Shown: positions 8,866 through 17,099 of the stretch, piece after piece
Position numbering within the stretch: the first letter of the stretch is position 1
Layout of the letters: each line of letters opens with the position of its first letter
DNA from: a virus
Lineage: Duplodnaviria; Caudoviricetes
Length of the DNA: 55,595 nt
Reading direction: 5' to 3' (one strand)
Virus record (IMG/VR): IMGVR_UViG_3300003465_000007
Location: 1 to 55,595 of that record
Position numbers and translations under genes: made by a program
Notes under the pieces: generated by a model
Database searches by the model: none
Told to the model about the DNA's origin: nothing
What the model saw: only the letters and a program-made list of their open reading frames with translations

Positions 8866-9068
8866 CGTGAGTCTCCATCCGGGAAGCACCGCTCGCACAG
8901 TCGACAGCCGCGCCCCATCAGGCCCGCGAGGCGCTCGCCGTCCGGATCCGCGTCGACGACGTCGAGATGCTCCTCGGAGATGTCATCCGTGTTGCACTCC
9001 TCGAACACGCGCCCATCAATCCGCAGGTGCACAACCTGGGTCGCCTTGTTCACCAGGTATTCGTTCAT
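8862..9068 (-). CDS. Hypothetical protein (His/Cys metal-binding)
   Basis: VHL..ECN..CERC; ATGA overlaps. Confidence 0.65.
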   Translation of the reverse strand: MNEYLVNKATQVVHLRIDGRVFEECNTDDISEEHLDVVDADPDGERLAGLMGRGCRLCERCFPDGDSR

Positions 9069-9535
9069 GGCAGCACCGCCGCGCGCCAGCTCGGCCAGTG
9101 GGGGCCCGGGCAGCTGGTGGAGCTGCGATCCTTGTGCCCCTCCACGGTGAGCGATCGCCCCAGCTGGTGCTGAGCGAAGCGGATCGCGGTGCGGATCCCG
9201 CCGAGCTGCTCGGCCGTCGGGGCCCGATTGCCGCTGTAGCAGATGTGCACGCCCCGCTCGTTGACGCCCGGGCCGTCTGAGCCCCAGGTGCGACGGTCGA
9301 AGTCGTGGCACCAGTAGACCGCGCCGCTCGCCTCCACGAACAGGTGATAGGCGATCGCGGGAAAGTCGAGCTGCGCGTCCGGTCCGGTCTGGAAGCCGGC
9401 CGTCCCGCGCACCGTGGTGCTTGGCGAGCTGGCCGTGTAATGAATGACCGCCAGGTCGACCGGACGCACGTCGCGGAGTGGATACCGCCCGCTAGTGCCG
9501 CTGCGGGTGGGGAGCGCCCCCCGTAGGTCGGTCAC
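9065..9535 (-). CDS. N-acetylmuramoyl-L-alanine amidase (Amidase_2) endolysin
   Basis: VIHYTA, AYH, GHKD..TSCPG zinc motifs. Confidence 0.9.
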   Translation of the reverse strand: MTDLRGALPTRSGTSGRYPLRDVRPVDLAVIHYTASSPSTTVRGTAGFQTGPDAQLDFPAIAYHLFVEASGAVYWCHDFDRRTWGSDGPGVNERGVHICYSGNRAPTAEQLGGIRTAIRFAQHQLGRSLTVEGHKDRSSTSCPGPHWPSWRAAVLP

Positions 9536-9543
9536 CGCGGGCG

Positions 9544-10557
9544 CTACGCTTTTGGGTTGGTCGGCTCGAATACCTGGACGGTGTTGGTCGCCGGCAGGTA
9601 GACGTACCAGCAGCCGCTCTGTCCGAACGCCTCGCTGGTCTGCCCGTCCGGGCGGTAGGTCTCATCGCTCGCGGGCTCATCGCCTCGCTCGGCCATCGCG
9701 TTGGCGATGCCTTCGGCCACGGTGTACTTGCTCATCTCATCTCCTTCGCCATTCGATTCGGTATCCACAGGTCCAGAGGTAACGAAAGGGCGGCGCGCCA
9801 GCTCGCCCGCGTAGGTGAAGTACTCGGCGGTCGGCTGGCCATCGGCGTCGCGCAGGCCTTCGAGGTCGGTCGGCATCCAGGCGAAGTACAGCGCGAAGGC
9901 CACATCGAACGCTTCCAGTACCCGCATGAAGTCGCCGATCTCCGCCGCGGGGCGGGACCACTCCGACATGTACAGCGGTAGGGTGGGGAACTCCGCCGCG
10001 AACAGCTCGAGCTTCGGGCCCAGCTCGTCAGGGCGGGTGTTGTAGAGGTGCAGGTCTATCCCGTCGAGGCGATGGCCAGAGCGACGCACGACGTCGACGT
10101 AGCGGCGCGCGGCCCACGGCTGGCCGCTGACCATGCCCGCCAGGATGACGATGGCGCTGGGCTGCACGTGACGGAGGGGCGTGACCACGGCGCCGAACCA
10201 GGGTCCGAACGTGTGTTCATCCATCGCGTCGCTGGCGTCGCTGGGGTAGGGATTGCCGTCGTCGTCCAGGTTGTAGATCGCATCGGGCTCGTTGCCGATG
10301 ATGTGGTAGTCGGCCGGGCAGCGACGGGCGATGCGCTCGACGACTTCGGCACGGGGTCGCTTGCCCACCGTGGCGAGGGTCCAGACCAGGACGATCTTGA
10401 TTCCTGCGGCGCGCAACCGTTCGGCGTAGGCGTAAAGTTGCTGACTGTCCTTCGCGGTCAGACGCACCACCATGAACCCCGCCGCGAGCAGCTCGGCCGG
10501 ATCTGGGCAGCCCGCGGGGTTCTCGGCATCCAGCACGCAGCCGAAGAGGGTCACCAT
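9544..10557 (-). CDS. GH-A clan glycoside hydrolase-like lysis protein
   Basis: GNEPD acid/base, DGIDLHLY, LYMSEW nucleophile. Confidence 0.75.
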   Translation of the reverse strand: MVTLFGCVLDAENPAGCPDPAELLAAGFMVVRLTAKDSQQLYAYAERLRAAGIKIVLVWTLATVGKRPRAEVVERIARRCPADYHIIGNEPDAIYNLDDDGNPYPSDASDAMDEHTFGPWFGAVVTPLRHVQPSAIVILAGMVSGQPWAARRYVDVVRRSGHRLDGIDLHLYNTRPDELGPKLELFAAEFPTLPLYMSEWSRPAAEIGDFMRVLEAFDVAFALYFAWMPTDLEGLRDADGQPTAEYFTYAGELARRPFVTSGPVDTESNGEGDEMSKYTVAEGIANAMAERGDEPASDETYRPDGQTSEAFGQSGCWYVYLPATNTVQVFEPTNPKA

Positions 10558-10956
10558 GCGAAGTGCACCATGGCGAGCAGTGCGGCGTCCCAGCCGATGG
10601 AGAGACACCAGACCGCGAGGATGAGCGATCTCATGCCGACACCTGCGGCATGGGCCAGTCTGCCCTCAGCCCCTCTCGATACCACCGCCGTGAGCAGCGC
10701 GTGCAGAAGTCGTAGAGGTAGCGGCCGACGTGCCACTGTCCATCCTGCTCGCTCTTCCGATAGCTATGGTGGGGCAACCAGTCGTGACCGTAGCGGCGGC
10801 AATAGTAGCCGTTGACGACTGCACAGATGAGATCCGCCAGCGAGTACGGGAGCCACTTCCAACGCGAGTCGCTGCACCACATCAGGCTGGGCACACCACG
10901 GTCGACCCGACGGCCGATCCCGAAGCCAGGCCCGAGCGGTGATCGCCGGCGGAGCC

Positions 10957-11271
10957 TCATGCAGACACCCACTTCCCGTCGCGGATGAAACCGTGATCAC
11001 CACATCTGAGGCAGAGGATGGACGGGCTCAGGGTGAGGGGGAACCACGATTCGACAGTCCAGCGCTGACTGTCCGGGATCATGGGTGGACATTCGGCGAC
11101 CGCCAGGTAGCCGCCGCTCGAACACTGCTCGCCTGACTTGTGGGACTTGGTGTCTTTTGCAGACGGGTGGTACATGGTGAACGCAACGGCGGCATCGCCC
11201 TCCCACGGGAAGAAATGCAGCGTTCGGCTATCGCCAAGGTCGATGTCTTCGGGCAGCTCGCTGATCTTCAT
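10957..11271 (-). CDS. DUF6527-like protein
   Basis: PLTLSPSILC..CGDHGFIRDGKW. Confidence 0.7.
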   Translation of the reverse strand: MKISELPEDIDLGDSRTLHFFPWEGDAAVAFTMYHPSAKDTKSHKSGEQCSSGGYLAVAECPPMIPDSQRWTVESWFPLTLSPSILCLRCGDHGFIRDGKWVSA

Positions 11272-11365
11272 CCCAACCCCCTTTGAACCCGGCACGTGGG
11301 GCAAAGCCCCAACACCAGCAGTTCGACCGGATAGCGTTGCGTACAGCCCTGGCAGCGCGCGGCGC

Positions 11366-11545
11366 TCATCCGCTCAACCTGCCCCGGCGGAATAGCCAGC
11401 GAAAAAAGCGCATGCGTAGCGACTCTCGCGTCTCTTCAGTGCGAAGCCCGTCGGTGATGTCGAGCTTGAGCCGCAGCAACTCCGCGATCTGGGGATCGGT
11501 GAAGCCGAGATCATGGAGGTCCATGTTCAGGCGGTAGTCAGTCAC
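11366..11545 (-). CDS. 59-aa protein (GFTDPQIAELLRLK...RFFRWLFRRGRLSG)
   Basis: Manually translated, below ORF cutoff; resembles small proteins I recall from Chloroflexota. Confidence 0.6.
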   Translation of the reverse strand: MTDYRLNMDLHDLGFTDPQIAELLRLKLDITDGLRTEETRESLRMRFFRWLFRRGRLSG

Positions 11546-11597
11546 TGGGGTTGGCTCGGAGATGTTTGGTTCGGCTGGCGGCTGATCACCATGGCGC

Positions 11598-11834
11598 TCA
11601 GCCGCGAGGATTGGCTTCGATGGCCGTCAGCTCACCCACGTATTCGGTGCGCGCGCTGCCGATTCCGTGACCGGCGTCGGCGATGCCCTCCGCGGCCTGG
11701 TAGGTGGCACTGGCTCCACCAACGGCGAGCATGAACTCCGGGAAGGACAGCCCCCCGCTGAGCATGCCGGCGATGGCAATGAGCATGGCAACCATCCAGG
11801 TGATGAACTTCCGGCTCTGCAGCTTCTCGATCAC
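11598..11834 (-). CDS. Holin
   Basis: KLQSRKF followed by two TM segments and EGIAD; in lysis cassette. Confidence 0.75.
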   Translation of the reverse strand: MIEKLQSRKFITWMVAMLIAIAGMLSGGLSFPEFMLAVGGASATYQAAEGIADAGHGIGSARTEYVGELTAIEANPRG

Positions 11835-12166
11835 GTGGCACTTCCTTTCGGCCGAATGTCGGCCAGTCCAATTGCGGTCAGCGTTCGGTCGACCTGGTTC
11901 GTCACGAGATCCTTGATCTGCTGGTGCTCGCGAGCGTCCTGGTCGCGGATCTGCACCAGCGTCGCGGTCACCTCGGACAGGGCTGCCACCACGCGGGCCA
12001 TCGCATCGGTGTTCTCTCGATCGCGGGTCTCCATGTGGGTGAGATAGCGATCCTGGAGGCGTTCGTTCTGGGCGTCCTGGCGCTTGATCAACCACACCAT
12101 TAGCCCACTGAAGCTGGTGATGATCAGAATCAGCGCACTGATGATCTGCGTGGTGCTGGATTCCAT
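11831..12166 (-). CDS. Single-TM coiled-coil membrane protein (holin-associated)
   Basis: N-terminal TM; overlaps holin. Confidence 0.7.
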   Translation of the reverse strand: MESSTTQIISALILIITSFSGLMVWLIKRQDAQNERLQDRYLTHMETRDRENTDAMARVVAALSEVTATLVQIRDQDAREHQQIKDLVTNQVDRTLTAIGLADIRPKGSAT

Positions 12167-12208
12167 TCGCGGTTCCCCTCCGCTGGGATGTCAGGTCGCG
12201 GTGGGCAC

Positions 12209-12469
12209 TCAGTTGATGGTTGGCGTCGGGCTGGGCACGAATACCCACTGGCCGTCGATGCACTGCCACTCGGGGCCGGGCGGTGCGACCTCGCAACCCC
12301 ACAGATTCGACGTGGCGGTCGGGATAGCGGTGGGGCGTCTCACTTGTGGCACGACTGGGCAGGCTTCGCAGGAGCGGATCCCGTTCGGTGCGGCGGCCTG
12401 GATAGGCTGGGCAATCGCGATGACGAGCAGCAGGGTGACCATCAGCCAGGCGAGAAAGTAACGGCGCAT
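12209..12469 (-). CDS. Small secreted protein with one CEVAPP..WQC..GQWV module; paralog of 6319-6987
   Basis: Signal peptide, shared module, AAGGAG RBS. Confidence 0.8.
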   Translation of the reverse strand: MRRYFLAWLMVTLLLVIAIAQPIQAAAPNGIRSCEACPVVPQVRRPTAIPTATSNLWGCEVAPPGPEWQCIDGQWVFVPSPTPTIN

Positions 12470-12490
12470 GATTTCGCTCCTTTCGTGGGC

Positions 12491-12573
12491 AACAAAAAAG
12501 GGGCGGCCTCTCAGTACTGAGAGGCCGCCCCGATTCGGTCGAATCCGAGGGCTATGCGATTTCTCCTAGTTTA
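12491..12573 (-). promoter_or_regulatory. Late promoter/attenuator element, copy upstream of lysis cassette
   Basis: TAAACT-N13-T-AGCCCTCGGATTCGACCGAATCGGGGC overlapping a 32-bp palindromic terminator plus T6. Confidence 0.8.
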
Positions 12574-12579
12574 CTCGCC

Positions 12580-13071
12580 TCAAGGGACTTTCAGCATGCG
12601 TTTGCTCCACAGATCCTGGCTGAGAATCTGGGTCACCTGCGCGCCAACGTACACGTACGCCAGCGCGGTGTGTCCCAGGGGCAGGCTGGGCGGACACGGG
12701 ATCCCGCTCGGCGTACCCTGGGTCAGGCGGATCGCGAAGTTGCTATCAACGGTCACCAGGTCGATCCGCGGGTTCGCCAGATCTGGCGTCGGGATGGAGA
12801 GGTTGGCGCCGCCGCCACTGCCGGCCACGCCCAGGATGGTCGCGGTGTACGCGGCCACGAACACGCTCAGGTTGGGCGTGGCCTGAGAACTGACCTGCCC
12901 GCCCAGGTTGATGACGTTCCCGAGGATCACGGACTGGATGATCTCCGAGTCCGTCTCGCACCACCGCGCGAACTCCGGATGCACCGTGTTCTGCGGATCC
13001 GCCACGGTGAAGCCGTCGGAATCAGAGTAGGCGTTGCCCACTCCACCCCCGAGCAGCATGAGCATGGTCAT
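12580..13071 (-). CDS. Minor tail/structural protein
   Basis: Likely start MTMLMLLGGG; PRIDLV motif; end of tail module. Confidence 0.65.
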   Translation of the reverse strand: MTMLMLLGGGVGNAYSDSDGFTVADPQNTVHPEFARWCETDSEIIQSVILGNVINLGGQVSSQATPNLSVFVAAYTATILGVAGSGGGANLSIPTPDLANPRIDLVTVDSNFAIRLTQGTPSGIPCPPSLPLGHTALAYVYVGAQVTQILSQDLWSKRMLKVP

Positions 13072-13655
13072 TTGCGCGCGGCACTCCGTGCGGGAGCCGC
13101 GGCCATCTCCAGCACCTCGGCGCGTTTCGCCTCCAGCGCGCGCTCCTCGATCTCGCGCTCGATTGCCACGGCTTTCGCCTCTGCCCGGTCGGCCAGCTTG
13201 CCGAGCTGCACCTGCTCGTATGGATCCTTGCTCGCATCCCGCTTCGCGACGAACAGCGCCGCTTCCATGCGAGCGGCCTCCAGCTCGGCGGCCCGCGCGA
13301 CCTCCTGGGCGGTTGCTGCCTCGGCGTCCACCTCGGCCTGCAGGCGGTCGGACTCCGCCGGGGGCAGGCAGTCCCAGGCGCTGCGTTCGATCACCCGGGC
13401 CCGTAGGTGCCCCTCGCTGGTCCCAGCCAGGTAGGTCGCGTCCGGGAACTCCGCCGCTCGTGGGTCCAGCCCCAGCTTGGCGCCTCCGTCGAGGTAGCCC
13501 TTCACCAGGTCGGTCAGTATCTGCTCCGCGTCTGCCCGCTTGGCGTACCCCTTCACCTCCCCGTGGGCGTAGGGCCAGCCCTTGTCTGGGATCACCTGCA
13601 CCTGGTAGACGGTCTGTCCCTGCAGCTTCTGGATGTCGTCTCGCTTGCTGGCCAC
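13068..13655 (-). CDS. Tail-module hypothetical protein with coiled C-terminus
   Basis: AGGAGG RBS; position. Confidence 0.7.
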   Translation of the reverse strand: MASKRDDIQKLQGQTVYQVQVIPDKGWPYAHGEVKGYAKRADAEQILTDLVKGYLDGGAKLGLDPRAAEFPDATYLAGTSEGHLRARVIERSAWDCLPPAESDRLQAEVDAEAATAQEVARAAELEAARMEAALFVAKRDASKDPYEQVQLGKLADRAEAKAVAIEREIEERALEAKRAEVLEMAAAPARSAARK

Positions 13656-13664
13656 GTGGTCCTC

Positions 13665-14429
13665 CTATGGCGCGTCGTAATAGGGATATGCGAGCCCCTG
13701 CCCGCGGTTCCACAACTGTTTGATCTCGTCATCGCTCAGCGCCCGCTTCCAGGCGCTCGGCTGCCACATCAAGCCATCGAAGAACCAATCCGCAAGTGCT
13801 GGCCGTGCACCCATCGAGAAGTTGCCGGTGACATCGGCCTGGAGGTCATTCGTGCCGGTGTACTCCACGTCAACCGGGGCCCCGTCCACGAAGAGTCGAA
13901 CTCGCAGATCGGTCGAACTTCGACGGTCAACCCTCCCCGTCACCATCTGCCAGTTGGTGCTGGGCGACCCTCCGGTAGCCTGTACCACGGAGCCGAAGTT
14001 GTAGGAGAACAGGAATCGGAACACCGAGACATCGACATAGAGTTGGATCGTCGGGTTTCCGTACTGCCCGCTGCCCATGATCTGCGCCTGGATTGCCGCC
14101 GTCTCCAACTTGATGAAGCTGTTGAACGTGCAGCTCGTGTTTCGGAAGTCACAGTCACCCGTTGACGCGCGGTAGTGGTACTGGCTATTGCTCAGCTCGT
14201 AATCGACCGATGGGCCATTCCCGGCTGGCGCATTGCCTCCGGCTGGGTTTCCTCCAATTCCGACCGCTCCACTTCCACCCTTCGTCAGAGTGTTCCCACG
14301 GCCGGTGAGGTCGTAGTTCGGGCTACTGGTGCCGTCGAGTGGGGCCATGCAGAACACCAGTCCATCGAGCAAGCTGCTCGGCCTCCGCTGGTACGGTCGC
14401 GCGGGAGCGAGGCCCGCTGGTCGCGACAT
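13665..14429 (-). CDS. LamG/concanavalin-like tail protein
   Basis: WQMVTG, LFVDG, FFDGLM..WKRALSDDEIKQLWN. Confidence 0.8.
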   Translation of the reverse strand: MSRPAGLAPARPYQRRPSSLLDGLVFCMAPLDGTSSPNYDLTGRGNTLTKGGSGAVGIGGNPAGGNAPAGNGPSVDYELSNSQYHYRASTGDCDFRNTSCTFNSFIKLETAAIQAQIMGSGQYGNPTIQLYVDVSVFRFLFSYNFGSVVQATGGSPSTNWQMVTGRVDRRSSTDLRVRLFVDGAPVDVEYTGTNDLQADVTGNFSMGARPALADWFFDGLMWQPSAWKRALSDDEIKQLWNRGQGLAYPYYDAP

Positions 14430-14430
14430 C

Positions 14431-15387
14431 CTAGTCCTGCTGCACGATCAGGATGAGGTCGAAGCGACCGGAGCTCGCCGGGGTGTAGGCGTTGTCGACC
14501 ATCAACGTTCCGAAGAGGCTCGAGGTGCCGCTCGCGCACTTGAAGGGGAAGGGACCGGGCGCAAAGTAGATCTGCGCGGTGGTGCCGAGGGCAAACCGCC
14601 GGGTGAACTCGATCGGCGGCATGGACGTCCGCGCAATCGTGGTGCTGAGCGCGGAGGCGGCGTTGTCGTTGTTGGGGGTGAACGTGGTGTCCGCCAGGAG
14701 CAAGCGGAAGATGCCCGGCGTGGTGGGGTTGCTCTCATCCACCAGGATTGCGCCGAGGATGGTCCCACTGCCCCCGTTCAGTCGGGCCGTGCTGCTGAAG
14801 GTCAGCACGGTGGGGGCGCTGGTGCTGTTGTTGACTGCGTCGCCGGCGGCGTAGGCGTTGGTGTCGGCCGGGCGCGTGAAGTTGGTCCCCACGTTGACCC
14901 CGATCCCGCCCGCGATGACGTGCGTCCGCCCGTACTCGTCGACGTAGAGCCGCGCCAGGTTCCCGGCCGCGACCGCACTGGGGAGGGCCGTCGCCGCGTA
15001 GCCGCCCAGCAGGAGCGGGTTCCCGGCCGCGGCGGCGTTGTGCGCGGCCGGCCCCTGGGCATACAGGCCGCTGGTGGTGCCCCGAGCGCGGTCCCACGTC
15101 GTGCCGTTGAAGTACTCGAGGAACGCCTGGATCTGGGTCAGGGTCGGGTTGGAGGTGCCATCCGCCAGCGCGGCCGCGGCCGGGAGGCCCACCTGCCGCA
15201 CGACCAGGCCGTAGTCCGTGGAGCCCGGCGCCGCGTTGGCGCCCTTGATCGGGCTCTCGGACCCGTCGGTGCCGTCCAGCAGCTTGATGAGCTGCACGAC
15301 CTTGTCGGTGTCGACAGTGTCGATGGCGATCTTGGTGCCGCTGGGCACGCTCGAGAGCGAGGTGGTGGTGACCGATTCGGTGGCCAT
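14431..15387 (-). CDS. Tail fibre/minor tail protein
   Basis: Ala/Gly/Thr-rich; NGTTWDR and RPADTNAYAAGD motifs. Confidence 0.7.
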   Translation of the reverse strand: MATESVTTTSLSSVPSGTKIAIDTVDTDKVVQLIKLLDGTDGSESPIKGANAAPGSTDYGLVVRQVGLPAAAALADGTSNPTLTQIQAFLEYFNGTTWDRARGTTSGLYAQGPAAHNAAAAGNPLLLGGYAATALPSAVAAGNLARLYVDEYGRTHVIAGGIGVNVGTNFTRPADTNAYAAGDAVNNSTSAPTVLTFSSTARLNGGSGTILGAILVDESNPTTPGIFRLLLADTTFTPNNDNAASALSTTIARTSMPPIEFTRRFALGTTAQIYFAPGPFPFKCASGTSSLFGTLMVDNAYTPASSGRFDLILIVQQD

Positions 15388-15627
15388 CTACGCCTCCTCT
15401 CCCGTCGTGGCTGTCGCCGCGGCCGGTTCAGCCGTCGGTTCGACGTAGGGGTCGATCACCGTCATCACGACCAGGCTGTGATTGAGGTAGACGACGTCCG
15501 TGCCCGCCAGCTCGAACGGCATCTGGGTGCCCGCGTCCAGCATGATGCGGCTGTCGGTCACCAGCTCGTGCACGCCGGTCATCCCATTGGGGAGGGTGTA
15601 GTGCACGCTCACTTTCTTCTTGGGCAT
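15388..15627 (-). CDS. Small hypothetical protein
   Basis: AGGAGG RBS, MPKKKVSVHY. Confidence 0.7.
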   Translation of the reverse strand: MPKKKVSVHYTLPNGMTGVHELVTDSRIMLDAGTQMPFELAGTDVVYLNHSLVVMTVIDPYVEPTAEPAAATATTGEEA

Positions 15628-15680
15628 GGGGCCTCCTACTGCTTCAGCCGGATGTACGCGGGGTAGACGTATAATTGGGT

Positions 15681-16526
15681 GTGCCAGAGCAGATTTGCGA
15701 ACACTGCCAGCAGGCCTTTTCGGTGTTCCCATCGCGGGGCGGTCTGCGCCGGTTCTGCAGCGCTGCCTGTAAGTCCGCCGCGAGCAGTACTGAAGTGAAC
15801 TGCCCTCGTTGTGGTGCATCCTTCCGCGTGGGCAACCGTCGCCAAGTGAAGGCGCAATACTGCAGCGCAAGTTGCTACCACGAATCGCATACGGTCACCT
15901 TGTCGTGTGAGCAGTGCAGCCAGCCCTTCACCAGACCGGCGCATCTGCGCGAACAGCGATTCTGCAGCCGCACCTGTCGCGCGACAAACCAGACGCGGGA
16001 CGTTGCCGAACGGTTCTGGGAAAAGGTGAACAAGCACGGGCCCATCCCTCCCCACCGTCCTGAACTCGGGCCTTGCTGGCCATGGACGGCCGCGACGAAT
16101 CAGGGGGGATACGGAGAGTTTCGAGTCGGGGATCGACCACAACTGGCACATCGGTTCTCGTATGAATTGGCGAATGGGCCACTCCCACCGGGACACGACG
16201 CCTGCCATCGTTGCGACAACCCGCCGTGCGTGCGACCCGATCACCTGTTCCCAGGCACCAACGCGGACAACCTGAGAGATATGCACGCGAAGGGCAGAGC
16301 AACCACCAAGCATGCTCGCGGGGATGCCCACCATTTGCGAAAGCATCCAGAACTGGCGAAGCGAGGCGAGCAGAATGGCCATGCGAAGATGACCGCGAAC
16401 GACGTTCTTCGCCTTCGTGACCAGGCAGAGCAGGGAGCGACCATCGCCCAACTGGCCACGCAGTTTCACATCTCGACCGATCAAGTGCGAAACATCATTA
16501 AACGTAAGCAATGGGCGCATATCTAA
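15681..16526 (+). CDS. Intact HNH homing endonuclease (Zn ribbons, HNH, C-terminal HTH), antisense, probably leaderless
   Basis: CHRCDNPPCVRPDHLFPGTNADN; TATAAT 5 nt before GTG. Confidence 0.92.
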   Translation: MPEQICEHCQQAFSVFPSRGGLRRFCSAACKSAASSTEVNCPRCGASFRVGNRRQVKAQYCSASCYHESHTVTLSCEQCSQPFTRPAHLREQRFCSRTCRATNQTRDVAERFWEKVNKHGPIPPHRPELGPCWPWTAATNQGGYGEFRVGDRPQLAHRFSYELANGPLPPGHDACHRCDNPPCVRPDHLFPGTNADNLRDMHAKGRATTKHARGDAHHLRKHPELAKRGEQNGHAKMTANDVLRLRDQAEQGATIAQLATQFHISTDQVRNIIKRKQWAHI

Positions 16527-16531
16527 GCAGA

Positions 16532-17086
16532 TCATTGTTTTAGTCTCAGGTATGCCGGGTAAATATACAGAGTGGTCACCGTGTCGGCGCCATCCGACCC
16601 GACGCGCGTCACGGAGAATCCGACCTCGCAGTTGGCCACCAGGCCCGTGAAGAGCGCGCTGATGTCGACCGCGGTGAGCTGGTTGGCGGTCACCGCGTAG
16701 GTGGCCACCGCCATGCTATCGGTGGTGGCGTTGTCGTCGCTACCGTCTGGGCCCCAGGACGCGGCGAGGGACAGCCGCACGTTCCCGGTCTGGGGACTCT
16801 TGATGAGGAGCTTCGCCTCGACCAGCCCACGGCTCGCCTCGCCCATGAAATCGGCCGGTGTGCGGAAGCCGGCGAAGTAGCCGGTGCCATCGTTGCTCGC
16901 ATCGCCGAGCGAGGCCACTACATGGTTGTTCACCGCGACCAGCGCGGTGCCGGTGCCACTCACCAGCAGGATGGGTGGCCAGATGGGGTCGCGGTTCACC
17001 GCCTCATCGTTGGCGATCAGCTGGTTGTATTCGGTGTCCTGGACCGCGTAGCCGTTGTACCGGGTGATCATGCTGCGGTAGGCCAT
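16532..17086 (-). CDS. Minor tail protein
   Basis: Position; recoded C-terminus next to HNH. Confidence 0.75.
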   Translation of the reverse strand: MAYRSMITRYNGYAVQDTEYNQLIANDEAVNRDPIWPPILLVSGTGTALVAVNNHVVASLGDASNDGTGYFAGFRTPADFMGEASRGLVEAKLLIKSPQTGNVRLSLAASWGPDGSDDNATTDSMAVATYAVTANQLTAVDISALFTGLVANCEVGFSVTRVGSDGADTVTTLYIYPAYLRLKQ

Positions 17087-17099
17087 CAGCGACTCTCCA

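Noticed and set aside
6319-12469. Diversity-generating retroelement (TR/VR) from the duplicated Cys module
   Set aside because: No reverse transcriptase in the genome, and the copies differ by indels rather than adenine-only substitutions
15636-16535. Group I intron or intein hosting the HNH genes
   Set aside because: No room for an intron core, HNH is antisense, and host genes are complete without splicing
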